A stretch of 64,000 nucleotides of DNA, from positions 76,646 through 140,645 of the IMG/VR virus record IMGVR_UViG_3300023184_000039. The stretch is one strand, 5' to 3'. The translations under genes were made by a program, and so were the position numbers. Below are positions 20,928-31,800 of the stretch, piece by piece. The stretch comes from a virus. The notes under the pieces were generated by a model that worked only from the letters and a program-made list of their open reading frames with translations, searched no databases and had not been told where the DNA came from. Every line of letters starts with the position of its first letter. Positions within the stretch are counted from its first letter, which is position 1.

Positions 20928-21359
20928 ATGTCAGCTTACGTACAACAAACACTCGCAATGACCGTAAATGGTGTAGTTGCCACAACTAGCACGGTAGTCG
21001 TTCGGGTTCCATTTTATGCTCGCGTTCGCGGCATCACTGCGGCCGTGGGAACTGCTCCTGTAGGTGCGGCACTCAACGGAACTGTTCGCAAGGCATCCGC
21101 ATCAGGAACTGTTGTTGGAACTTGGTCAATCGCAGCCGGAGCAACTTCAGCTGTAGCAACAATGTCAAGCGTGGATGGTGCAGACCAACTCGCAGCAGAT
21201 GACTTGCTCGTTCTTGTTGTAGCCGCTGTTGGTTCAAGCACTGCAGGTTCAAACTTGACAGCACTTATTCAATGGGATGCTTCGGCAGACCAAGACGGAG
21301 TAAACGTCCACTCGAACACGGTTCACCGTGGTGGTCATGCTGGAAGCGTTGTTTCCTGA
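20928..21359 (+). CDS. Putative capsid decoration / minor structural protein
   Basis: Ala/Val/Thr/Gly-rich beta-type sequence, strong AAGGAG RBS, own terminator. Confidence 0.5.
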   Translation: MSAYVQQTLAMTVNGVVATTSTVVVRVPFYARVRGITAAVGTAPVGAALNGTVRKASASGTVVGTWSIAAGATSAVATMSSVDGADQLAADDLLVLVVAAVGSSTAGSNLTALIQWDASADQDGVNVHSNTVHRGGHAGSVVS

Positions 21360-21395
21360 TAATTAAAAATTTCTAGTAGTAATTTAGGACATCCG

Positions 21396-21430
21396 AAAAT
21401 ACCAGTGGAGTTAAATCCACTGGTATTTTT
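21396..21430 (+). terminator. Intrinsic terminator
   Basis: AAAATACCAGTGGA-GTTAAA-TCCACTGGTATTTT. Confidence 0.85.
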
Positions 21431-21452
21431 GTTTATATGGGATAATTATTAA

Positions 21453-21746
21453 ATGACAATAAATAAAAACACAAAAACGGTTGTCAGATTCCTTGCCATT
21501 GGAATAATGCTGTCTGGGATGCTTTCCTGTGGGGACTCCTATCGGTATAAATGCCAAGACCCAGACAATTTTGGCAAGCCAGAATGCGTCCCACCAGGTT
21601 GCCTAGCAGATAACTCATGCACCTCAACCGTTCTTGGTTTTGACCCATTGCTTCCAGAACAAACGAATCAAACAGAATTGGTTCCAAACCAATCGCAGGA
21701 CACTATTCCGTGCCCTTGCCCAACACAGGAGACTACAGCGCCATGA
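21453..21746 (+). CDS. Putative lipoprotein
   Basis: Signal peptide ending LSC; YRYKCQDP..C..P.C....C. Confidence 0.65.
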   Translation: MTINKNTKTVVRFLAIGIMLSGMLSCGDSYRYKCQDPDNFGKPECVPPGCLADNSCTSTVLGFDPLLPEQTNQTELVPNQSQDTIPCPCPTQETTAP

Positions 21747-22051
21747 GTAAACGATTTACACCAGCAGAACTTGATGCACGCCTAAAGTTTATTATTGGAT
21801 GCCTACTGGGGGCAGTGCTCCTTATGACGACTGGGGCAATACTCTATGCACTCGTATTCGTGACTCAGCCAATTGGAGCGCAAGCCGAGAACGACAAGAT
21901 GTTCTTTGGTGTTCTTTCAAGCGTTGCAACATTCATCACTGGCACACTTGCTGGATTGATGATTTCTACTGGCAAAGGTACCGGCGATGATGATGGCAAT
22001 GGAATCCCAGATGCAGAAGAAAAACAATTAGGGAAACCTAACAAGTCGTAA
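21743..22051 (+). CDS. Two-TM membrane protein (holin-like)
   Basis: Two hydrophobic helices; ATGA overlap with the lipoprotein gene. Confidence 0.55.
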   Translation: MSKRFTPAELDARLKFIIGCLLGAVLLMTTGAILYALVFVTQPIGAQAENDKMFFGVLSSVATFITGTLAGLMISTGKGTGDDDGNGIPDAEEKQLGKPNKS

Positions 22052-22425
22052 TTAATGGCAGCGATAGTAAGTCCTAGACTCAAAACTTACAATTAGGACC
22101 TGTGAATATATAGTCTGCTATCGGTTAAGCCCGTAAGCAACAATAAAATTTGCCTTACTGCTAATTCAGTCGTTCTCTTTCAAAGTGCACAAAGTTGCGC
22201 TTCTCTTCGGTTCCATACGTGTGTTGGTCTACGACACGCATAAGTCCGGCATGTGCGGAGATGACCAATGTGGCTGATATTAAGCAGAAAATAAGCATCC
22301 CAGTATTATGGCATTGCATTCTATATAGTGATGAAACTAACCCCAGTATCACTGAATAAGATACCCCTCATCTCCCATTTTGCCATGTGTCCGCTTGCGA
22401 GTTCTTTATGGGCTAATGTGTCGCT

Positions 22426-24540
22426 ATGAACATTTTGAGTCTTTTCTCTGGCGTTGGTGGTTTTGACATGGGTCTTGAGGCCGCTGGATGGAAAACTATC
22501 TTTCAATGTGAAATAGATAAACATTGTCAAACTGTTCTTGCCAAACACTGGCCAGATGTTCCAAAGTGGGGAGATGTTTCGACACTCACTGGTAAACATA
22601 TTATTGAAATGGCTGGACCGCCAGATGTTGTTGCATGGGGAAGTCCGTGCCAAGACCTCTCCGTCGCTGGAAAGCGCGCAGGATTGGAAGGAATGAAATC
22701 CGGCTTATTCCATGAAGGAATCAGAATCATCAAAGAAATAAGGGAGTTAACAAACAATGAATATCCAAGAATCTCTATATGGGAAAATGTCCCAGGAGCC
22801 CTCTCTTCCAACAACGGAGCTGACTTCGGGGTCGTCCTCGACGAAATGGCTAAGGCAGGGGGCTTGGCGCTTGAATGGGCCGTGCTGGATGCACAGTACT
22901 TCGGAGTGCCCCAAAGACGACGCCGCATCTTCCTGTCTACTCTCTTCCATTCTGGAGATGCCAAACGAAGTGGAATCAAAATTTTTCCTGTCGCCGAAAG
23001 CTTGCCAGGGCATATTACGCCGCGCCCAAAGAAGGGGAAAAGAGTTGCCGCCAATTCTTCGGAGAGCACTCAACAGAGTGGCGAGTCAAATGCCTTCAGA
23101 ATGACCGCATTCGGCGAATATGCCGATGATGAAACAGCATCAGCAATGAAGGCGCGCGATTACAAAGATGCAACAGATTTGGTTGTAGAGCGAACGGAAT
23201 ATGCTCAAAGCGTATTTGCAAAATCACGACATGCGAAAGATAAAGACGATTTTGAAACATGGGTTGACGGCACTGTGTCGCCAACACTGAACACATTTGA
23301 AAACCATGTTGATACTCGTTCAACCGTTGCCATTGTTAATACAAACCCATTAATCATTGATGGAACGCGCGTGGACGATGTTCGTGTTTATGACGATGGA
23401 ACTACACCAACACTCACCCACCGAATGGGCACTGGTGGCAATAACACACCGATGGTTTTTGATGACAGAACACCAAGTACGCCAGCCACCCCGATTGTTC
23501 TAGATAGAGCTTCTTTTAATCAGGGTCCAAATGCACTATGGGAACCACTGATGGAGGAGGCACAATCAGTTCCGGCTCTTGTTGCGCGTGGTCCACACGC
23601 AGTTCTTGATACATCAACACAACCAATCGTATTTGAGCCTGGTGCGATGTCTCGCATGAAGAGTGACTACTACTCAGACCATGTTGCACCAACCTTGCGC
23701 GCGCAGATGGGCGACAATCAGCCAGCAGTAGTACAACCCGACAATGGAACAATCGTATTTAACGATGACCGTAGAATTGGGCCGACCATACACGGTGATA
23801 CCGTGTCCACGCTTCAAGCATTCATGGGAACGGGTGGAAACAACACTCCAATGGTTGCACAAATCCCAACTATCCCGATTCAAGATGGTCGTGACATTGA
23901 GAAAAACCAAAACGGCTTTGGTGTAGGGGAAAATGGCGACCCTTCGTACACCATTGACACAACCGGAGCACAAGCAGTCGTACAGACAGTTGTAGATGGA
24001 CCAATGCTTTCATTTGACACTCAGTTTGGGTCAAATGCCAATGTCACCGAGAATGTCGCGCCCACCCTTAAGGCTAGTCAGCAATCCCCAAGTGTTGCAT
24101 ACTCAATTCGTGAGGATGCCAAGGCAAACAACTTCTCAGCAACCGAAATCAATGTTGCAAATTCACTATCAGCACTACAGCCAGCAATAACGTCTCATCA
24201 CGCACAAACGATTATCACCGATGAGATATTGCAGTACGACGGATACAACCAAAAACTTGAAGGCGACGGTTCATACAGGTCGTTGCGAGTTGGGCGAGAT
24301 GCAAGCGACTTCGTATCACAAGGAGAAATGGTGGTCAGGCGTTTGACGCCCCTAGAGTGCGAAAGACTGATGGGATGGGGCGATTTTCACACTAAATTTC
24401 GTGCTGACGGTTCAATCGTTCCAGATACTCAACGTTACAAAATGTGCGGCAATGGAGTTGCCAGTCCATGCGCTGAATGGGTAGCGAAACAACTTATCGC
24501 CTACCTGCAGGACAGCACGGACGCTGGGCAATCGGTGTGA
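22426..24540 (+). CDS. C5 cytosine DNA methyltransferase with expanded variable region
   Basis: LFSGVGG (motif I), GSPCQD (IV), ENV (VI), QRRRR (VIII), RRLTPLECERLMG (IX), YKMCGNGV (X). Confidence 0.95.
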   Translation: MNILSLFSGVGGFDMGLEAAGWKTIFQCEIDKHCQTVLAKHWPDVPKWGDVSTLTGKHIIEMAGPPDVVAWGSPCQDLSVAGKRAGLEGMKSGLFHEGIRIIKEIRELTNNEYPRISIWENVPGALSSNNGADFGVVLDEMAKAGGLALEWAVLDAQYFGVPQRRRRIFLSTLFHSGDAKRSGIKIFPVAESLPGHITPRPKKGKRVAANSSESTQQSGESNAFRMTAFGEYADDETASAMKARDYKDATDLVVERTEYAQSVFAKSRHAKDKDDFETWVDGTVSPTLNTFENHVDTRSTVAIVNTNPLIIDGTRVDDVRVYDDGTTPTLTHRMGTGGNNTPMVFDDRTPSTPATPIVLDRASFNQGPNALWEPLMEEAQSVPALVARGPHAVLDTSTQPIVFEPGAMSRMKSDYYSDHVAPTLRAQMGDNQPAVVQPDNGTIVFNDDRRIGPTIHGDTVSTLQAFMGTGGNNTPMVAQIPTIPIQDGRDIEKNQNGFGVGENGDPSYTIDTTGAQAVVQTVVDGPMLSFDTQFGSNANVTENVAPTLKASQQSPSVAYSIREDAKANNFSATEINVANSLSALQPAITSHHAQTIITDEILQYDGYNQKLEGDGSYRSLRVGRDASDFVSQGEMVVRRLTPLECERLMGWGDFHTKFRADGSIVPDTQRYKMCGNGVASPCAEWVAKQLIAYLQDSTDAGQSV
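22757..23104 (+). CDS. Alternative-frame ORF resembling the M.EcoHK31I beta polypeptide
   Basis: Nested in another frame of the MTase gene; S..W...G..W..STSECP..LSSILE..FFLSPKACQGILRRAQRRGKELP. Confidence 0.6.
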   Translation: MNIQESLYGKMSQEPSLPTTELTSGSSSTKWLRQGAWRLNGPCWMHSTSECPKDDAASSCLLSSILEMPNEVESKFFLSPKACQGILRRAQRRGKELPPILRRALNRVASQMPSE

Positions 24541-24697
24541 TGAATCTTGGGCCTGGCTCTGCTGGTTCTTCCACAGGCAAAACCGGCGCTTCCTCTTCGT
24601 TTTCTTCCATCTAAACATCATATAACAAAAAAATATTTTTTATGAACATCAAAAAACAGATAAATCTAACCAGAGATGAAGTCTGTATATTATTTAT

Positions 24698-25468
24698 ATG
24701 GTGGCACCAGTGAGCATCTGCGTAATTCCCAATATTGACATCAACGAGATGCCCCCAACCCCGTCATCTGGAAATGAAATCAAATTACCAGAAGTAGAAA
24801 AAGTGCTGCGCGCGTATGCGAATCATTATGGTCATCCGTTTGGATACGTGCAAGAACAGGGCTACGAGGTATTCCAACAGATAGTTCCTATCAAGAGACT
24901 GGCATCTGTACAGATATCTTCTTCATCAACCACCGAACTTGACTTACATACAGAAACGGCCTTCCATCCATATAGGCCAGATTTCGTATTATTGTTGTGT
25001 CTTCGAGGCGACGCGGCGGCATTCACTACATATGCCAACCTGGAAACAATTCTCAGAAACCTAGGGGAGACAACACAAAGAGTATTACATCAACCTTGGT
25101 ACACAACCCGGATAGATGAATCGTTTTTGCTCAATGGTCAAGAAGATAAGACGTTTACTCTGCCCGTGCTCCAGGGAGAGGGAAAAGATACCAGCATCGT
25201 CTATGACCGTGCATTTATGAAAGGCACTACAACGGCATCTCGTAATGCCCTAATTGAACTTGAAGAAGCAATCAAGAAAAGCACACGCAAGGTTGCCTTA
25301 AAAACCGGTGAATTGATGGTGATTGACAATAAGACAACCGTTCATGGTCGATTACCGTTCACCCCTAGGTACGACGGCACCGACAGATGGATAATGCGCT
25401 CGCTTGTGACGAAGACTCTCCCACCAAGCGACCAGATGCACAAGGAAACCATCATCACGGTTCTGTGA
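24698..25468 (+). CDS. Clavaminate-synthase/VioC-like Fe(II)/2OG dioxygenase
   Basis: LDLHTETAFHPYRPDFVLLLCLR..IDN...VHGR..F..RYDGTDRWIMR. Confidence 0.88.
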   Translation: MVAPVSICVIPNIDINEMPPTPSSGNEIKLPEVEKVLRAYANHYGHPFGYVQEQGYEVFQQIVPIKRLASVQISSSSTTELDLHTETAFHPYRPDFVLLLCLRGDAAAFTTYANLETILRNLGETTQRVLHQPWYTTRIDESFLLNGQEDKTFTLPVLQGEGKDTSIVYDRAFMKGTTTASRNALIELEEAIKKSTRKVALKTGELMVIDNKTTVHGRLPFTPRYDGTDRWIMRSLVTKTLPPSDQMHKETIITVL

Positions 25469-25879
25469 GCTGGATAAATCTAATCAGGTTTGGTGAACTC
25501 AAAATAGTTTCACATGTGCCCCCACCACCACAGAGGGGTTGGCGAAAGTCCCGATACGTGCCCCGTAGAAGGGGGTGTAAGGCATACCTAACAGCACTTC
25601 TTTTGATGTTACTTTCTGGTAACTTATCATTACCCTGTGGTAACTTGATGATATACCACCCACATATCAGATACACACATCATATGTAGGTATTTGACAC
25701 ACAACGATATTTGTATTAGTATTCTATCCAGGATATTCGTTCACTATACAAATCATTGTTCACTATAACGACCATTGTGTCTTATCTCAGATGATTGTTC
25801 CTTCTCATACACATCAGATACACCACACATACACATCGTTCCCTTGTGATGTCTCGTTCTAACTTACAATAGACAGATA

Positions 25880-28800
25880 ATGAATAACCTTGAGATACTG
25901 CTTGATGTCAAAGAACTAGGTCGTTACCAACGTAAGGTAATGACCCCATTAGATGAAGCATTTGACCCTGATGCTATTGATGGTGATGGTGATGGATTAG
26001 TTCAAGATAGAACTCCATTTGAGAGACCTGCCATTATCACTGCGATAACAGAGACAGCACAAAGGATAAGTCAAGGTATCCGTGATGCTGGTCGTCTCAA
26101 TCAGAAGCGCTCACACAATGTACATCGTGAGAGGCTAAGGGGTAAGAGCCATAGTGAGATAGCAGAGACACTAGTACCTAATGACTATGCCTCACTAGCA
26201 TCATCCCTTACAGAGATGGCTATACAAGACCTAGGTGTTGATGCCTCACCTGCTGCCATACAAACTTGGATACAGGGGAAAGTATTTGACCTCACGGGTG
26301 ATGCTACGGGTGATGTATTTGACTTCACACCTAAGCACATACGTAAGTTGCGTAAGACAGTAGAGAAGCACCTTGATGAACTACCTATGTTCAGACGACT
26401 AGTAGATGACTATGGTATGCCCCCCTTCTTCATACTAAAGAAAGGTGACTTCTCTGGTATCACATCACACGGCTTTGGTATAGGTGTGACTACTGGTGGT
26501 ATGGGGTGGACAGATGGTAAGGGCAATCGCATACCCATACTTCGTTCCATATCACTCAAACTTGGCTACTTTGATAAGTCTGGTGGTAGCAATAAGACAA
26601 AGAGATGGCTTACTGATACTGGTGTTAGGGGTACTGTGCTACACGAGTATGGTCACTACCTAGCAGGTGTGCTGTATGACGACATTGTGAGTAACAAGTA
26701 CGGTAAGTGGGAGGGTAGTCCTGATGTAGTGGACTTTGCTAGGTACATCAATATGGACTCCTTCAGTATCTCTACTCAGAACAGATTTCCCAATGTAGAT
26801 GGCAAGGTAGGTAAGTCAATACCCGATGTGTTCTCTGCTATGTTCCATAAGCCTGAGTGGGATGAGGCTTGGAGTAAAGGCGACCTTCCTGATGAACTAC
26901 CTCACGTACTTTCTTTCTATTCAGAAACAAACCCTTCAGAACAGTTTGCTGAAGGAATGGCGGCCCTTCTTTCTACCGACCCCAAACAACACAAACTTGT
27001 GTCACCCGGATTTGAGGATATGGTTAAACAACTTGTTGGATTAGAGACTGATGTACCCTTTCAGTCTCAAGGTAGTAAATACAATGTAGACACCCTTGAC
27101 TTACCACAAGTGACACAAGCACTTGGTTCTAGAGGTAGAGACTTCACAACACCTTCAGGAAACAAAGAGTTATGGCATCCAATCACCAAAGATATGGATG
27201 CTACAGAACTAGCAGAACGAATACATCCATCTAGTGCTGAAGAACTCATCTCAATAATGGCTGAAGAAAACCACAGAATAACACCCACCTCATCCATCGA
27301 AGACCACAAGGCTTTGGTAGGACAAGTTCTTATGGAACTGTTTGAGGTCAAGTCAGTAAAAGAACTTGACTCAATGATGGATTTGTCAAAGAGGGGAGAC
27401 AGGGTTGGGGCAATGGAACAACTCCTTCTAGACAACCCATCTTTGATGCTCCTACACAATCAGTATGGAGCGCCACCCCTCATACACCTCACACCAGAAG
27501 CATATGATGATGCTGCCAGAAGCCTAGAAGGAGAGTTTGCTGGAATACACGTCATAGACCCACGACTCAATATTGGAACAATACTCCTATCACCCAACAC
27601 CACCGACCTATTAGATAATTACAACACACCACTCCCACTAACTGGTGAAACTTTTCAGGAACTGCTTGACAACCGGCCATTGGGACAACGACTTGTTCTC
27701 TCTTATGCTAAGTGGAGAGGAAAGTATCCCAAGTCAGTGACATATATGTCTATTGGTAATAATGTTGAGCAACTCTACGCACACGAATATGCTCACTACC
27801 TACACGAACAAATGACGGCATCTCTCCCAATGGAGGGAAACCGTGAAAGACGAGCATTACTCAGGGCATACTTGAGCGCAACTTGGGAGGAATTCTTTGC
27901 TGCTGTTGACAGACCAGATTGGGCTGAAGCATACACAAACAGAAGGAAAAAGGATTTACCAGACGACTATCCGTTTGTTGACAGCGCATATGCCTTCTCA
28001 AACCCGTTAGAAATGTTCGCTGAGTCTTTCGCTGCTGCTACGGCTAGTGACCCAGCAATAAGGGGCGCAGTCAGTCCAGAAATGAACAGACAGATGGCGA
28101 TGATGCTTGGACTTGACCCAGAACAAGCACTATATGAGCAATTAGTAGCCAATGATGATGTAGTTAGCGCCTCACTTGACATATCAAGACCACTCGGCTC
28201 TAGGAGTAAGAAAAAGGACCGAGAGTTCTGGGAAAAAATGTATCCAGACAGAACCGCAGCAGAGTGGAAAGCGATTGAGGAAAAAATACAGCAAGAAAGA
28301 GATAATACCTATCTAGGTAGACCACTCGGGTCTGCCCCAAGTTTGACTGCTTCAGAGGCTATTCGTTCGCTTGATGAGGTAGCAAAGATAGAAGAACGTG
28401 ACCTCATCACTACTGATGACCCAACACTACGACCCGGAGTACGAAAACTTGACACAAAGGCTTGGGATGGCAAGGACATCTATCAAACAGCAGATGCTGG
28501 TGATGCGCTTGCCCTCATAGCAAACGGTCATTACGTTGAGATGACACACGAAGAAGGATTGTGGCTCGCCCTCGCAGACATAGGCAAGAGATGGAAAGAA
28601 ATACAGAAGAGCAGCGGCAAGGAAATAAAAACACTCAATGCTTGTTTGTTTATGACCGTTGATGCCAATGGTAAGTCAAACAACCTGTTCTGTCGAGGAC
28701 ACCACGATATTGCTCGATTGTCAATGCCACAAGTTGGTGGATATATGACAAAAGAAAATCAGGTCTTGCTACAAGCCTGGAGGTCAGGACTTACCGAGAA

Positions 28801-31800
28801 CAGAGGTGGTGCTCACGATGCCTTCATTGGCGGCAATAAAGCCGTAGAAGCAATGAAGGAACTTGGAAAAGGAATTGTTGAGGCAACCATCACCGAAGAT
28901 GAGTGGAAGGTACTTGATAAAAAGTGGAGAAAGAAAATAGAAACACCAGAAGAACGAGCATTGTACTTTGCTAATACATATATGCCATTGGTGGAGGCTG
29001 ACTCAACACCAGAATTCATACGCTTTCTAAAACAAAAAGGAATAGGCACGGGTGATGTAGAGCTTGTAGATGTATTTGATGATGTCAACTCCACACAAAA
29101 CGAATTAGTTCTTGACAAGATTTCTGGTATTGGTGGGGCAATGTTGTCCAAGTATAGGGAGTTTCAAACCAGACGCGAACAGATACTTAGTGATATATCC
29201 CTATCTCAAACAGAAAAAGATACTGCTATTGCTGCGGCTCTCAAAGATTTCCAGACCATCCCGCAGATGTTGCCAATTATCATATCCAAAGACGGATACA
29301 TATTTGACGGTCACCACAGAGCATTTGGTAGACGTATATTTGAGTCTCAACTAAACGAAGAGGAACTCAAAGAAGTAAAAGCAATGGGGTTCCAGGTCAG
29401 AAGAAGCGAAGCAAACATCTCCGAACTGTTGGGTATTGGAAAAGCATATCAAGACCATATGGGTGTCGCAGCGGCACCGGGTGGCCCAAAGAAGGTTGAC
29501 CTATATGTTGACCACACAGAAGACATTGGTGACATATCAAACGAAGAGTGGGTACAACATCAGAAAGAAATCTTTGATGGTCTTGATGACATCGTTGCTG
29601 GTTACCATCCAGCAGACTATTGGAAACCAGCAGGTGTTGAGGAACTTGATGTCGAAGGAAATGTAATAAAAAGAACTGCTGACTCGCCAGCAATTCAAAC
29701 TGGAACTCAATCAAACGAACCAATAAGAAAAATGTATAGAGGAGAAGCAAGAAATATATTTGAGGAAGGCGATAGACAAGGGGCAATGGCACTTGGCTCT
29801 CAATCAGAGCAACCAAGTGAACCATCATCGTGGATGATGTCAATTATGGGTTCTGGACCCAACGGCCCATTGGTTGATGTAAAACCACCAAAGCCAGATA
29901 CGAGAACAAGTGGGTTCAATAAGAAATTACCAAGATGGGTAAGTACATTACTTTCCCTACATCCGTTTATTGACCCAGAGGTGCTTCAGTCGGTTCGTGA
30001 CCGCACACCAAAACCAGTCATACCTTCGTCATATCCACAGGTAATGAAGATGACAGGCAAAGAAAGACGACTACATAACACCAATCTCAAAAAGATACTT
30101 GACACAATAGAACTATCGGATGATGTAGTGAAGAACTTGTCTTTAATGGGCAGGAACAACACAAATGCACGTGACAATGCTGCCAATGTTTATCTACACT
30201 CACTTGGTGTTGACCTCAATGACTCAAAAGCAGTTGAGAAAGCCCTCAATGGTGGTTTTGCTGATTGGATGTCCACTAAACCCTATAGCGAAATAGAAAC
30301 ATTGAGTGAAATAACCCCGAGAGAGTGGAATAAGTATATAGATGGAACGCCAAGTCGTGGTGGCGAATCAGATATGAAAGAATTGGTTGCCACATTGTCT
30401 CCAATGGAAGCCAGAGAGATAGCCACATCACTCCGTGACTACACAAGGGGCTTGGAACGACCACTTACTGATGATGAATCAAAGAAACTCAATCAAATAA
30501 TTGAGACACCTGTATTTAGAGCGGCACTCGGTGTCAATGATGGTGAAGATTCAGCATCTGTTGTTAGAAGTTTCCTCTGGGATGATGCCGACAAAGCAGA
30601 ACGAGGGCCGCTTGGTTCTATGTCTGAAGCCAAGCCCGTTGTTGATTACAATGAAGCACGCAAGGCCGGTAGAAGCAAGATATTCAGAAAGAAGTACAAG
30701 TCCCGTGCCGAGATGTATGACGGCGCATCAACCGAACAACAAGTACGACTGTCTGTTCCAAGAACGGCTGAAGAACATCACACAATGATGATGGATGCCA
30801 CAGTTGACCGGCTCAACTTGCAACTCAAACTCAAAAATGCTGGAATAAGTGAAGAACCAGTTGATGTACGACGGTTCATAGATATGTCCGACCCACTCAA
30901 TCCACGGGCAAAGATTGCCGCAGTGCAGCCGCTTGTTGACCACGTCATCAAGACAGCAAAAGAGTATGAACCAGACTTCTCCCCAGAAGCAATCAAGCAA
31001 GCAGAAGCAATGGTCACCCAGACACTCAACTCATCTCCCGCCTTGCGCCACTTCGCTAGTGAGTACGGGTTACCCCCAGTGGTTATTGGCTCACAAAATG
31101 CCCTTGACAGACAGATGGTTGTGTATGCATTAAAGATATCCAAGCCAAATCAAGAAATGAACACCATCTTAGATAAATATCAAGGCATCAGGCAGATGAT
31201 GGATGAAACACGTATTCAGGAAATACTTGATGACCCAGTCGCAATGGAGAAGATACGCAAAGCATATGACAACGGGACTAACCCAATCGCAGGCGCATAC
31301 ATCAACGCCGCAAATATGTTGGTTATCTATCCCGGCTCAAGCAGCCATAAGGCGTTCCTTGACGGCAAGCCAATTGACCCGGCTTACGTCCCAAAACCAG
31401 GCGACCACACCGTACTTGACAACAGTATTGAGGCTACATTGTTACACGAATACGGGCATTACTTTGACCAACGTGTAGGTATGTTGTTGAGTGAGGGCGG
31501 CCTTGACCCAGAGAGTGATATGGCAAAAGCATATACTCGACTTCATCACAGCAACACTCTTGATGCGCTGACATCCAAGCGCGGCAACCCATTGTTCACA
31601 TCAAAGGACAATCCAGTTATTGAAACAACGTACGGGCAAACAAATACGCAAGAAATGGCCGCAGAAGCAATGAGCGCCGTCTTCTCAAACAACCCGCACG
31701 CTATGGAAATGCTCAACAAGCCGCTACTTGACGATGTATATACGCTACTTGGTATCAAGTCAAGCGAACGTAATGGCATTACCGAACGGGACTTGCCGTG

